This document shows, piece by piece, positions 37,174-47,885 of a DNA stretch of 64,000 nt. The stretch lies in contig OZ246402.1 in assembly GCA_965230975.1 (NCBI GenBank), forward strand, positions 573,009-637,008, read 5' to 3'. The translations under genes and the position numbers were made by a program. Within the stretch, counting starts at the first letter, position 1; every line of letters starts with the position of its first letter. Origin of the DNA: an uncultured Candidatus Saccharibacteria bacterium. GTDB lineage: Bacteria; Patescibacteriota; Dojkabacteria; J137. The notes beneath the pieces were generated by a model that was given only the letters and a program-made list of their open reading frames with translations, was not told where the DNA came from and searched no databases.

Positions 37174-38312
37174 CTAACGCTTTCTATAAATTTATCTATA
37201 ATATCTGTAGAGTAGTTTAGGGTTTGGCCTTTTGAGGAATCAAAATCAATAATAGATTGCTCAATTAAATCTGTAATTTGTTGCTTAAACTGAATTCCGC
37301 TAGCTTCCCATAAATAAAAAGCCATAGAACCAGGTATAGAATTTATCTCAGTTAAATAAAGTTGATTTTCACATACCATAAAATCAATTCTAACCATACC
37401 TTTACATCTACACGCTAAGAATGCTTTTTTTGCTGACTCTTGAATTTGTTTCTTTAAGTCATCAGAAATTTTTGCTGGCAAGTCTCTTTGTAAAGAAGCC
37501 ATTCCACTTGTACCACCTGTTTTTTTAGCTCCGCTTTGGTATTTATCGGCAAAACTTAAAATCTCATCTTTTGAAATTGGTTTCTCAATCTCACTGGTTT
37601 GTAAGTTTCCGTTTACTAGTCTAACAGAACAATTGTATTCAATAATATTAGTCAAAAATTTTTCTACCAATATTTCTGAATCTATAAAAGAAGCTTCTAA
37701 TAAAAACTTTTCGAGTTCAACTTCTGTCTTTGCTACTTTTATTCCAATGCTAGAGCCAAGGTGTACGGGCTTTATTATTAAGGGCAGATTAAGATCTCTA
37801 ATTATATTCTTAGTTATGCTTACAGAATTCTCTTTTATATCTAAAGCCTTTACGCTAAGGCCAGGTACAACATTTACACCAGCTAATTGCACTTGTTCTT
37901 TTGTTAATTGTTTATTCATCAAAATTGTAGACGATTCTTTAGATGATGATGTGTAAGCAATATTAAAGCTTTCCATCATTCCCTGAATAGCTCCATTTTC
38001 GCCGTTTCCTCCATGAAACGCTAAGTAAGCCGAATACGGGTAGATCTTTTTGTTACTTAAACCTTCAGAGAACTCTATAAAGCCACCATTTTCATCGCAT
38101 CCAAACTTTACATTAATTTGTTTTGAATTTTTAAAATCATTTCGAGACTTTAAATGCTTAAGCAGCTTAAATACTCCATTTTTATTTATGTATATTGGTA
38201 GTGGCGTGTATATTTCTAAGTCAATATTTTCAATAACTTGAAGACCTGTAATTATAGATACTTCGTGTTCGGGGGAAATTCCACCAAACATTATAAGTAC
38301 ATCTTTTTTCAT
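37170..38312 (-). CDS. ddl: D-alanine--D-alanine ligase
   Basis: MFGGISPEHEVS at the N-terminus, ATP-grasp body, EINSIPG near the C-terminus. Confidence 0.85.
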   Translation of the reverse strand: MKKDVLIMFGGISPEHEVSIITGLQVIENIDLEIYTPLPIYINKNGVFKLLKHLKSRNDFKNSKQINVKFGCDENGGFIEFSEGLSNKKIYPYSAYLAFHGGNGENGAIQGMMESFNIAYTSSSKESSTILMNKQLTKEQVQLAGVNVVPGLSVKALDIKENSVSITKNIIRDLNLPLIIKPVHLGSSIGIKVAKTEVELEKFLLEASFIDSEILVEKFLTNIIEYNCSVRLVNGNLQTSEIEKPISKDEILSFADKYQSGAKKTGGTSGMASLQRDLPAKISDDLKKQIQESAKKAFLACRCKGMVRIDFMVCENQLYLTEINSIPGSMAFYLWEASGIQFKQQITDLIEQSIIDFDSSKGQTLNYSTDIIDKFIESVS

Positions 38313-38315
38313 AAT

Positions 38316-38774
38316 TTAAATCTTATTAGCTAAATAAATAGATGTCAAAGCCAGATTTCCCCACCAGCATGTAAACGAGATTATAAAACTTATTGCAATT
38401 TTCATCTGCATAGAATTACTTAATAACTGAGTAGATCTACCTTCTTTTTCCTGTTTTAATAATGCAGGGCTTATATAAAAAGATAAAAAACATCCATTCA
38501 AAATCATGGCAATTATAGATATTACTTGTAGGTTAACAAATGAGGGTGCCCCAAATTTAGAATATGTAAGAAACAATCCAATCATTACCAAAATCATACC
38601 AATCCAAATTAAAGGTTTAGTAACTTTGTGGCTTCTAATAGTTGCTTCGGTCCAATAAGATGATTTAGTACCTAAAAATCCAAGAAGATCAATAACTGTT
38701 ACTGCACCTTGCCCTATAACAAAACCTGCTATTAAAATAAATATTGGTAAAGCTGAATCGAATTCTATATTCAT
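38316..38774 (-). CDS. integral membrane protein (about 4 TM helices)
   Basis: 152-aa hydrophobic ORF 3 nt downstream of ddl. Confidence 0.55.
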   Translation of the reverse strand: MNIEFDSALPIFILIAGFVIGQGAVTVIDLLGFLGTKSSYWTEATIRSHKVTKPLIWIGMILVMIGLFLTYSKFGAPSFVNLQVISIIAMILNGCFLSFYISPALLKQEKEGRSTQLLSNSMQMKIAISFIISFTCWWGNLALTSIYLANKI

Positions 38775-38842
38775 AACGAATTAAAAAAGAGATATAAATA
38801 AATTGTAACAAAAAGAATTAAGCTAGTATAATTCATCACTTT

Positions 38843-39094
38843 ATGGAAAATACTATTTTATTAATACAAGACTTAGATTCTGTAAGCGCAGAGAGTGTGT
38901 CGTTAATAGTAGATATTTTAAATAAAAAGAACATAAGCAAACCCGAGTATTTATTCTTTTTAGAACTTTATAAGAATATCAGGGCAAATTGTATACAAAA
39001 TAAAGCCAGTCTTTATATAGCACTGCTAGATTACAGAGATGGCAAGAATAAAAATTTATTAAAATTCTGCTCTTTTATTAAAACTGAATCTTAA
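38843..39094 (+). CDS. hypothetical protein
   Basis: 83-aa ORF. Confidence 0.4.
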   Translation: MENTILLIQDLDSVSAESVSLIVDILNKKNISKPEYLFFLELYKNIRANCIQNKASLYIALLDYRDGKNKNLLKFCSFIKTES

Positions 39095-39153
39095 CAATTT
39101 TAGTATAAGTTTCTAAAATGTGAAATTTTGACAACAATTAGCTAAACTATTTC

Positions 39154-39181
39154 TTGCAAAATATTCTCAACTCTCTATAAT
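39154..39181 (+). promoter_or_regulatory. sigma70-like promoter of the giant surface-protein gene
   Basis: TTGCAA (39154-39159), 16-nt spacer, TATAAT (39176-39181); same hexamers as the tRNA promoter. Confidence 0.5.
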
Positions 39182-39207
39182 AAAGTATTACGTATAATTT
39201 CATATTC

Positions 39208-42200
39208 ATGAGAATGAGAGATCCGCTAAGAAAATATAGAACCAGTCAGCGAAAGCTCAAAAAAATTCATTTGCTTATTATTTTGGCGGTTAGCATAACC
39301 ATATTCCCATTTGTACTTGTAGTTAATACTATCACAACAAGAGCAGTAGACTTTACATGGACACAAACAGACTGGAGTGGGGGTGTTAATACCAACGTAA
39401 TAACTTCAAATTCTAATACTTTCGTATCTCAAAGCTCAGTAGATTATGCAACTCCAGGAGAGATATTTTTAGGAGCAACTGAAAATTGGAGTGATGGTGC
39501 CTGGTCATATAGAAAATCAGTTAATCTTTCTAATACCGGATCAACATTAAGTAATTATCAGGTTATGGTAACTATTAACACCCAGCAACTTGTCTCTTTA
39601 GGTAAATTACAAAATGATTGCGATGATTTACGATTTACTACAAGTACAGGCACACAACTCAGTTATTATATGGATCCTGACTCTACTTGTAACACAGCAT
39701 CAACAGACTTTTGGGTTAAGGTTACTAGTATCCCAGCAGGTGCATCTGTAATACATATGTATTACGGAAATATAGCAGCGTCAAATGTTCAAAATGCAGA
39801 AAATACATTTGAATTTTTTGATGAATTTACAGGGTCTTCTTTAGATGCTGCAAAATGGCAAACAGGCGTAGGTGCAACAATTCCGGTTACTATAACCGGT
39901 GGGTATATGCTTCCTGGTTATGTGCCTTACAATTGGTCTGGTGCTTTAGCAAATGGTATGGGGGTTGCTCAAAACCAAATTAAGTATGGTGTTGTGGATG
40001 ATGTAGCTGTTGAATGGAAATCTTATATGGTTTTAGGTTCCACATTAGAGTATGGTCAATCAGGGTTTGCATTTGTAGACTCCAGTAATCTTTTAAGAGC
40101 AGCTATGTACCATGCAGATACAAATGTGAATACTTTAAACCCTTACTATGGTAATTTTATAGGGACTACAGTTGGTTCTTGGACCGAAGTCAATGGAGGC
40201 ACTTCTCGATTTAAACTTGTTAGAAATGGAACAAGTGTTACTTCGTATAGAAATAATGCACAGCAATCAACTGGTACTATGACAGTTAGCCCTACCAAAA
40301 TCACTTATTTCAAGCAGGACTATTATCCTAATGGTGGAAGTTGTGGTGGTAACTGTTACATGCAAAATAACAGAATATTTTGGGTCTTTACAAGAAAATC
40401 TGCTGCTACACCTCCAACAATCTCATCTTATGGGGTAGAACTTGGTCAATATGCAGATACGGGTACGTTAGAATCAAATATTTTTGATACTGGATTTTCT
40501 TCTAATTGGAATGCATTAACATTTACTAAAACAGGTAGTGGTACTGCAACAGTTAGAATTAGAACAGGAAATGCATCAGATTTAAGTGATGCTACAGCTT
40601 TTGCCTCTTGCAACACAATCTCAACTGGTGCAGATATATCAACAAATAATTGTGTAACTGATGGGCACAGATATTTACAGTATCAAGTCTCATTAAGTGC
40701 TAGTGGGACTTCACCAACTCTAACTGATATTTCAATCTCTTATACTCCTCAAGATTCTACTGCACCATCTGCAAATTCAACAAATGTACAATTAACAGGT
40801 TTATCTAATAACGATTGGGCAAAAATTGCACCAACAATAACTTGGACAGCAGGTACAGATGCAGGTGTTGGCATTGCAGGTTACTGTGTTTCTTTAGATG
40901 AAGTTCCAGTAGCTGGTTCATCTTCAACTTTGAATCCAATAACTTCATCAGGAAAATTTACAGGCTTAACAGATGCTAGCAGTTTAACACCTACAGTTTG
41001 CCCATATATTGTCAGTGGTAATTCACTAGATTTATCTACAGTCACGGGTTTAACTTTAACAAGTGGTAATAAATATTACTTTAGTTTAAAAGCGGTAGAT
41101 TTGGCAGGCAACGTTTGGACAGGAGCAAGTAATTTATATCAAGATTTAGTATGGTTTAGATTTGATAATACTTTACCTACAGCACCTAGTTTTATATCTA
41201 TGCCATCTAACTTTATATCTACAAAAGATGTAACAATAACTTGGCCAACAAGTAGCGGAGGTGCGTCAGATGCTGACTCTGGCTTAGCTGGTTTACAATA
41301 CAGAATTGGTGCTAGTGGAACATGGTTTGGTAATTTACGAAATGGAAATCAAGATTTAACAGACTTGCTTTTAAATAATGGAACTTATACTACAGATGCA
41401 ACCGTAGATTACCCACTATTACAAGAAGGTGTAAATGTTATTTACTTTAGATCTCTAGATTATGCAGGCAATGCATCTCTAACAATATCTGGAGCATTAA
41501 AATTAAATACTATTGCACCACAATCGATACAAAATTTAACTGCAACCCCTACTGACAATAATGTAAATAGTTACGCATTCTCTTGGGATCTACCATCTAG
41601 CTTTAGTGGTTCTGCAGATAACTTAACTTATTGTTATACAATAAATACTTTACCAACTGTCAATACTTGCCAATTTACCTCTGCAGGGGCTACTAACGTA
41701 TCTGCAGATGCATATGCAAGCCAACCAGGAGATAATACATTTTATGTAGTTGCAAAAGATGAGGCAGGTAATATTAACTATGCAACAGCAGAAAGTGTTA
41801 CATTTACGTATTCTGGTAGTGCACCTGGAATACCTCAAAATTTAGATGTTTCAGATATTTCTAATAAAGATACTCAAGATTGGAAGCTAGCAGTTACTTG
41901 GAATGAACCAACAAATGTAGGCGCAGGTATATCTACCTATAGAGTTTATAGAGCTATAGGTCAAGGTTTAACTTGTGCAAATGACTTTGGCCTATTTAGT
42001 CAGGTGAGTGTTGTTCAAGATGTATCATATATTAATACAGGTTTAAGCCAACAATACTACTCTTATTGTGTAAGGGCGTGTGATAGCGCAAATAATTGTT
42101 CTGCAGTTAGTGGTAGTGGAGATGAATTACCAACAGGTAAATACACAACACCTGCAACATTAGTTGCTGGCCCAACAACTCAACAAATTTCTACCAGAAA

Positions 42201-43359
42201 AGCAGTTGTAAGTTGGTCTACAAACAGAACATCAGATTCTAAAATTCAGTATGGTACGCAAACAGGTGTTTATTTTGAAGAAGAGTTTTCTAAATCTGCA
42301 CAAGTTACAGAGCATGTTATTACTTTAAATAACTTACAACCTGGAACTGTTTATTATTACAGAGCAAAGTGGACAGATGAAGATGGCAATACAGGTATTA
42401 GTGAGGAAAAAACATTTAAAACTGAACCTGCACCAGAAATCTCAAATGTTCAAACAAGTTCAGTAGGTGTTAACTTTGCTTTAGTTAAATTCACATCTGT
42501 TAGAGCTCAGAAAGTTAATATATATTATGGTAAAACAAGCCAATTTGGTGGTTTACAAACTATAAACACATCTATTCAAGAATCTCAAAGTATTTTTCAA
42601 TTAACTGGTTTAGATGATGGCACAAAGTATTATTTTAAAATAAACCCATTTGACTTAGATGGATTTGAGTATGAAGGAACTACACTTGACTTTACAACAG
42701 TTCCAAGACCAAGGGTCTTAGATGTTCAAATAGAAGAGGTAAAAGGCACAGCTCAACCAACTATTAAAGTTAATTGGAATTCAAATACAGAAATTAGCTC
42801 AATTGTTACATTTTACCCGGCTTCTAACTCGGGTTTAAAGCAAGATGTTGTAAATGTTACACCAAAAACTAAACATGAGCTTAAGTTAATATCATTAGAA
42901 GCAGAGACAAGATACGTACTAACTGTTAGAGGTATTGATAAATTAGGAAACGAGGCACTATCTACAGAATATAGCTTTACAACTGCTACAGACTCAAGAC
43001 CTCCAGTAATTTCTAACCTTAATGTAGAGACAGCAATCACAAATTCTACAGAAGTTAATAACGCCCAAATTGTAGTTTCTTGGACTACAGATGAATTATC
43101 TACTAGCCAAGTGTTGTTTGGTGAAGGGATTAATGAAAATGTAACACAAAGTACAACAGAAGATAAAAACTTAAAGTTTAATCATGTAATAGTTATATCT
43201 AACTTAAACCCATCTCAGGTTTATACAATAAGGGCTGTATCTAGAGATAGCCAAAGAAACGAAACTCAATCTGCAGATAATGTAACCGTTACTCCTTCAA
43301 GAACTGATTCTGCACTAGAGCTTATTTTGCAAAATGTATCGGATATTTTTGGAATATAA
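39208..43359 (+). CDS. giant surface protein: DUF2341 + LamG/concanavalin-like + multiple FN3-like repeats
   Basis: 1383 aa with an N-terminal TM/signal anchor and a DUF2341-like block (WSYRKSV...DCDDLRFT...FWVKV...MYYGN). Four C-terminal ~95-aa repeats each end in a (F/V)T(T/V) motif. Confidence 0.75.
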   Translation: MRMRDPLRKYRTSQRKLKKIHLLIILAVSITIFPFVLVVNTITTRAVDFTWTQTDWSGGVNTNVITSNSNTFVSQSSVDYATPGEIFLGATENWSDGAWSYRKSVNLSNTGSTLSNYQVMVTINTQQLVSLGKLQNDCDDLRFTTSTGTQLSYYMDPDSTCNTASTDFWVKVTSIPAGASVIHMYYGNIAASNVQNAENTFEFFDEFTGSSLDAAKWQTGVGATIPVTITGGYMLPGYVPYNWSGALANGMGVAQNQIKYGVVDDVAVEWKSYMVLGSTLEYGQSGFAFVDSSNLLRAAMYHADTNVNTLNPYYGNFIGTTVGSWTEVNGGTSRFKLVRNGTSVTSYRNNAQQSTGTMTVSPTKITYFKQDYYPNGGSCGGNCYMQNNRIFWVFTRKSAATPPTISSYGVELGQYADTGTLESNIFDTGFSSNWNALTFTKTGSGTATVRIRTGNASDLSDATAFASCNTISTGADISTNNCVTDGHRYLQYQVSLSASGTSPTLTDISISYTPQDSTAPSANSTNVQLTGLSNNDWAKIAPTITWTAGTDAGVGIAGYCVSLDEVPVAGSSSTLNPITSSGKFTGLTDASSLTPTVCPYIVSGNSLDLSTVTGLTLTSGNKYYFSLKAVDLAGNVWTGASNLYQDLVWFRFDNTLPTAPSFISMPSNFISTKDVTITWPTSSGGASDADSGLAGLQYRIGASGTWFGNLRNGNQDLTDLLLNNGTYTTDATVDYPLLQEGVNVIYFRSLDYAGNASLTISGALKLNTIAPQSIQNLTATPTDNNVNSYAFSWDLPSSFSGSADNLTYCYTINTLPTVNTCQFTSAGATNVSADAYASQPGDNTFYVVAKDEAGNINYATAESVTFTYSGSAPGIPQNLDVSDISNKDTQDWKLAVTWNEPTNVGAGISTYRVYRAIGQGLTCANDFGLFSQVSVVQDVSYINTGLSQQYYSYCVRACDSANNCSAVSGSGDELPTGKYTTPATLVAGPTTQQISTRKAVVSWSTNRTSDSKIQYGTQTGVYFEEEFSKSAQVTEHVITLNNLQPGTVYYYRAKWTDEDGNTGISEEKTFKTEPAPEISNVQTSSVGVNFALVKFTSVRAQKVNIYYGKTSQFGGLQTINTSIQESQSIFQLTGLDDGTKYYFKINPFDLDGFEYEGTTLDFTTVPRPRVLDVQIEEVKGTAQPTIKVNWNSNTEISSIVTFYPASNSGLKQDVVNVTPKTKHELKLISLEAETRYVLTVRGIDKLGNEALSTEYSFTTATDSRPPVISNLNVETAITNSTEVNNAQIVVSWTTDELSTSQVLFGEGINENVTQSTTEDKNLKFNHVIVISNLNPSQVYTIRAVSRDSQRNETQSADNVTVTPSRTDSALELILQNVSDIFGI

Positions 43360-43362
43360 ATT

Positions 43363-45633
43363 ATGGCAAATATATTAGAAGTAAAAAATCTATTTAAGGT
43401 TTACAACGTTAAGTCTGAAAATGTAGTTGTGTTAAGAAATATTAATCTTGAAATGCAAGATGGAGAATTCTTGATTCTTTTTGGCCCATCCGGTTGTGGA
43501 AAATCTACACTTTTAAATACAATTTTAGGTTTAGAAACTATCAGTAGTGGTAGTGTAAACTTACTTGGAAAACAAATTTCAAACCTCTCTCAAGACCAAT
43601 TAGCAGATATTAGAAAAAACAATGTAGGTATAGTTTATCAACAACCAAATTGGGTTAAATCTTTAAATGTTTTAGAAAATGTAGCTTTTCCATTATTAAT
43701 TAAAGGGATTAAAAGGGATGTAGCCTTAAAAAAGGCTAAAGAGAAGTTAGCATTGGTAGAAATGACAAATTGGACAGAATACTATCCGGTTGATTTATCT
43801 TCGGGTCAACAGCAAAAAGTTGCATTAGCCAGAGCATTAATTAATGAACCAAAAGTTTTAATAGCAGACGAGCCTACTGGTAATCTTGATTATAAAAGTA
43901 GCAATTCGTTAATGGGTATTTTTAGAGATTTATCTAATCAAGGTATCTCTATACTTTTAGTAACTCATAACCTTGTAAACTTAGATTATGCAGATAGAGT
44001 TGCCAGAATGTTTGATGGACAAATTGTAGAGTATATAGATGCAAAAAAAATATCTGAAAAAAAGCTAGATGAAATGTTGCACCCTACAGATGTTACCAAT
44101 AGTACATCTTATAAATTAAGTTTTAATATTAATAAACCTAAAAAAATTAACTTACTGGCAGATATTTTAAAAGGTCTATTATTACCACTTTTACTAGTAA
44201 AAACTGTAACTCTATTAGCTTTGTTTAGCGTGTTTAAATTATCAACTATTTTAAATAGAATAGGGTTTTATAAGTTATCTGAATCCATAGATTATTTAAT
44301 AAATATTATAGATAGAAGAGAGAATAATTCAGTAAGGTTTTCAGATGTAGCTGATATCTCTTTGAAAACTTTATTTACACACAGGGTTAGGACTTTTGTA
44401 ACAATTGGTGGTGTTGCTGTTGGTGTAAGCTTTACTGTATTGTTATTTTCTATTGGATTTGGATTTGAGCAAGTTGTTGTATCTAGAATTGCTAACTTAG
44501 AAGAATTAAATCAAGTTGATGTTGCACCACTCCCTACTAGTAATGTTTTTATAACAACTAATTCTGTGGAATCACTTAAAAATATTCCATCAATTAACAC
44601 TGTTTTACCTGTTATTGGTATTGCAGGCAAAACTAATTATGAAGGTGCTTTAGCAGATGTTGTTGTTAAGGGTGTTTCTACGAATTATATAAAAGATACA
44701 GGTTTAAAGATTACAGCAGGTAATGAGTTTTCTGCTGAATCAAATGATTTAAACTTTCAAAACATAGATGAAATTGTTCAAAATTATAAAGATAAGAATC
44801 AAATCGAAGATGATTCTTTAGGTGAAATAATTTTAGATTTACCAATTAAAGAAAGGCAAGCTGTTGTAAATGAGTCAATTTTGAATCTTTTCAATTTGCG
44901 TAAAGAAGATGCAATAGGTAAGACTTTTAAAGTTAAATTTATAGCTACTAATTCTTTAATAGGGAATAATTATAAAATATCTTCTACAGATACAGAGTAT
45001 ACAATTGTAGGTGTTGTTTCTTTTAAAGAAGAGAAGAATATTTACATTCCTGCAGAGGATTTATTGCCATTGGGTGTTCAAAGATTTTCAGAAGCCAAGT
45101 TAATTGTTTCTAATACGGACGATATTAGAAATGTTAGGGTTTCAACAGAGGCATTAGGTTTTAGGACTAGATCTATTCAAGATACTATTTCTCAGGTTAA
45201 TGCTGTGTTTGATAATGTTAGGTTAATTTTTGGAGCTGTTGGAGTCGTTGCTTTGTTTATAGCATCTTTAGGCATGTTTAATACTTTAACTGTTTCTTTA
45301 CTTGAAAGAATAAGAGAGGTTGGATTAATGAAAGCAATTGGTATGAAGTCTTTTGAAGTAAGGTCTTTGTTTTTAGCAGAGTCTACTATTATGGGCTTTT
45401 TTGGCGGTTTCTTTGGTATTATTTTAGGGGTTATTTTAGGTACGATCTTATCTTCTATTATATCTGCACTTTATATATCTAGAGGGGGAGAGTATGTAAC
45501 ATTGACTTTCTTACCACTAGAAGCAGCATTGGCAATATTGTTTATATCTGTATTGATTGGTATTTTGACAGGGTACTATCCTTCTGTAAGAGCAACAAGA
45601 ATATCTCCGTTAGAGGCATTAAGACACGAGTAG
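43363..45633 (+). CDS. fused ABC ATPase + FtsX-type permease (MacB-like)
   Basis: Walker A GPSGCGKST, LSSGQQQK, LIADEPT; then TM helix, large extracytoplasmic domain and a 3-TM FtsX-like C-terminus. Starts 4 nt after the giant gene. Confidence 0.8.
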   Translation: MANILEVKNLFKVYNVKSENVVVLRNINLEMQDGEFLILFGPSGCGKSTLLNTILGLETISSGSVNLLGKQISNLSQDQLADIRKNNVGIVYQQPNWVKSLNVLENVAFPLLIKGIKRDVALKKAKEKLALVEMTNWTEYYPVDLSSGQQQKVALARALINEPKVLIADEPTGNLDYKSSNSLMGIFRDLSNQGISILLVTHNLVNLDYADRVARMFDGQIVEYIDAKKISEKKLDEMLHPTDVTNSTSYKLSFNINKPKKINLLADILKGLLLPLLLVKTVTLLALFSVFKLSTILNRIGFYKLSESIDYLINIIDRRENNSVRFSDVADISLKTLFTHRVRTFVTIGGVAVGVSFTVLLFSIGFGFEQVVVSRIANLEELNQVDVAPLPTSNVFITTNSVESLKNIPSINTVLPVIGIAGKTNYEGALADVVVKGVSTNYIKDTGLKITAGNEFSAESNDLNFQNIDEIVQNYKDKNQIEDDSLGEIILDLPIKERQAVVNESILNLFNLRKEDAIGKTFKVKFIATNSLIGNNYKISSTDTEYTIVGVVSFKEEKNIYIPAEDLLPLGVQRFSEAKLIVSNTDDIRNVRVSTEALGFRTRSIQDTISQVNAVFDNVRLIFGAVGVVALFIASLGMFNTLTVSLLERIREVGLMKAIGMKSFEVRSLFLAESTIMGFFGGFFGIILGVILGTILSSIISALYISRGGEYVTLTFLPLEAALAILFISVLIGILTGYYPSVRATRISPLEALRHE

Positions 45634-45635
45634 GT

Positions 45636-46190
45636 TTACCAATGCGGAAATTTGTGAGTAATTTTATTGTTTTCTTCTAGCGTTGTTTTTATTTGTTGGC
45701 TATTATTTGAATAGTAGATTACATCCCCGTCTTCTGTATATTCATTTCCATTCTCAGATACATGAATAAAATTTTGGTTCTTACCAGTGAACACTTCCAT
45801 TCCAGATTTTTTGTAGAACTCTGCATTTTTAGGTTCACAAAACCCTACAATCGTTTGTTTTGATTCTTTGGCATATTCCACCATTTTGTTTATTAGTATT
45901 TTCCCGTAACCTTTACCTTGAATAATAGAAATTATTGCTTGCATTCCTAATATTTCTACTTCTCGTTTATCTACCATTACTTTTAAAGAACGTAGAGTCC
46001 CAAATGAAACTAGTTTGTTGTCATCTCTAACTAGGAAAAAAAGTCTGTCCTGGAATTGGTTATTTATTTTGTGATCCCAGATTCGATTTCTACCCAGTCT
46101 GATTACCCTGTATTCATTAACCAAATCAAGATCTTCTTGTTTAAGATTTGTTCCCAGTACTATTTCTGTAGTTATGTTCATGATTAGCAT
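45636..46190 (-). CDS. GNAT-family acetyltransferase
   Basis: 184-aa ORF; QGKGYGKILINKMVEYAK acetyl-CoA-binding motif. Confidence 0.7.
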   Translation of the reverse strand: MLIMNITTEIVLGTNLKQEDLDLVNEYRVIRLGRNRIWDHKINNQFQDRLFFLVRDDNKLVSFGTLRSLKVMVDKREVEILGMQAIISIIQGKGYGKILINKMVEYAKESKQTIVGFCEPKNAEFYKKSGMEVFTGKNQNFIHVSENGNEYTEDGDVIYYSNNSQQIKTTLEENNKITHKFPHW

Positions 46191-46220
46191 ATGTCAAAAA
46201 ATATTTATTCATTTTCAAAA

Positions 46221-46814
46221 TTATTTTTCATAAAGATATCTAGATATAATATTTAGTAATTCTTCGTCACTCATGTTTCTACTATCTAGATTTAGTTCTT
46301 CGTTCCATTTGTCCCAGAATGGTTTGTCTTTTGGTGTGTGATCAGGTTGCAATCCTAATTCTTTACAGATCTCATCTAAGTTTTTAGTGTCGTCAAATAA
46401 TTCTACTTCAAATGGGTATTTTTCGCTTTTGCCTGTTTGGTGAGACAACTTAATTTCTGCATATCCTAGATCAAACAAGTAGTTTGTGTACTGCATTATT
46501 TGTTGGGATGGTATTTGTGCATTTACAGATATTATTATTGCTTTAAAAAAGTTTAGGATTGCTTTAGCATCGTTTACTAGTGGTATTTCTAGTTCTGTTC
46601 TTTCTCTTTTATTCCAGTCTCCTGTTTTTTGTACAAACTCAGCTTGTCCGTTTGTTATTTTTATTCTGCTATCTACTTCTGGCCTTGCCCAGTCGCTTGT
46701 TTCTATTGCTAGTCGAGTCTTTTTAATTGGCTGACCAAATTTGGCTGTAAACTCTTCAAGTTTTTGGTTAAATTGTTGTTGGGTTAATAGTCCCCAGTAT
46801 TCTTTTTCTAACAT
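46221..46814 (-). CDS. possible CYTH-like domain protein
   Basis: The pattern EKEYWG...SRIKITNG...KRERTELEIPL...EIKL...PFEVEL loosely follows the alternating acidic/basic beta-strands of CYTH. Confidence 0.35.
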   Translation of the reverse strand: MLEKEYWGLLTQQQFNQKLEEFTAKFGQPIKKTRLAIETSDWARPEVDSRIKITNGQAEFVQKTGDWNKRERTELEIPLVNDAKAILNFFKAIIISVNAQIPSQQIMQYTNYLFDLGYAEIKLSHQTGKSEKYPFEVELFDDTKNLDEICKELGLQPDHTPKDKPFWDKWNEELNLDSRNMSDEELLNIISRYLYEK

Positions 46815-46829
46815 ATGGTTTTACTAAAT

Positions 46830-47771
46830 TTAGTAAAAGGAAAAGACTTCATCGGAAACTTCTCCAGTATCCCAAAGTATTTTGTTCTCTGGTTTGGATT
46901 TTATTACTACTCTTACAACCACATTCGTTGTGAGGGTAGGTAAAAATTGTACATCCTTTCTTTCATATCTTACATCTCCATATTCATTTGAAATATTGAA
47001 ATCGGTAAGCCAAATTTGGTATGGAACCCAGGAATTTCCACTTGAAATATAATTATTCTTAAATTCACCTTCATCGTTATTCTTAATATAAGCAAGAATT
47101 TCTAAATCATTAACACTGTCTAGTCCTGGACACATAAATGAACCTCGCATCTTTTGAGATGGATTATAAATTCCACCTAAAATCTCGTTTACAGGAGAGA
47201 GTATAGTTAGAGTTTTAAAATAGTAAAATGTGTCAGAAACTTTAATTTCAGATAATAAATCACCCTGAATGACCTGGACATAACATTTGTAATATCCATT
47301 TTGTAAGTTGTAAAGTCTTAGTTCAGTTTGATATCCTGTAAATTCTAATGAGTTTGGTATAGGGTCAGATGCTTTGAGAATTGCAGATTTGAATCCTCCT
47401 AGCATATTTTCTCCTTCCCAGTTGCATTCCAGAACGCCAATATCAGATTTATTTACTAATCTTATTGCAGTAACCCGAGGTAAAGTTGAAGAATTATTAT
47501 TATTTATATTTTCGTTATTATTAGTGTTAGTGATAACTTTTTGCTCATTATTATCAGTTTTTGAGACTTCTTTAGTCTCATTGGATTCGTTAACTGTCAT
47601 ATCCTCATTGTTAATTATGACATAAGATGTAGGGTATTCTTGAATCGAACTACTAAAGACATTTTTATCATGTTCGAATTTCAAAAATATACAAATTAAA
47701 AGTGTGACTATAATCGCTACACCTAGCGCAAAAATAATTAGCGATTTTTTATTAATATTTAAAAGAGACAT
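46830..47771 (-). CDS. membrane-anchored extracytoplasmic protein
   Basis: 313-aa ORF with an N-terminal TM helix, an Asn-rich low-complexity linker and a beta-rich C-terminal region. Confidence 0.55.
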   Translation of the reverse strand: MSLLNINKKSLIIFALGVAIIVTLLICIFLKFEHDKNVFSSSIQEYPTSYVIINNEDMTVNESNETKEVSKTDNNEQKVITNTNNNENINNNNSSTLPRVTAIRLVNKSDIGVLECNWEGENMLGGFKSAILKASDPIPNSLEFTGYQTELRLYNLQNGYYKCYVQVIQGDLLSEIKVSDTFYYFKTLTILSPVNEILGGIYNPSQKMRGSFMCPGLDSVNDLEILAYIKNNDEGEFKNNYISSGNSWVPYQIWLTDFNISNEYGDVRYERKDVQFLPTLTTNVVVRVVIKSKPENKILWDTGEVSDEVFSFY

Positions 47772-47885
47772 AATAGTAACTTAATTTAGTAATCTTAGCA
47801 TTTAATTATTTATATTTCATTGTGTCGCATTACAAATATAGAAATTTTCTCTTATTAAATATTTGCTTAGATTTATAATCATGTT

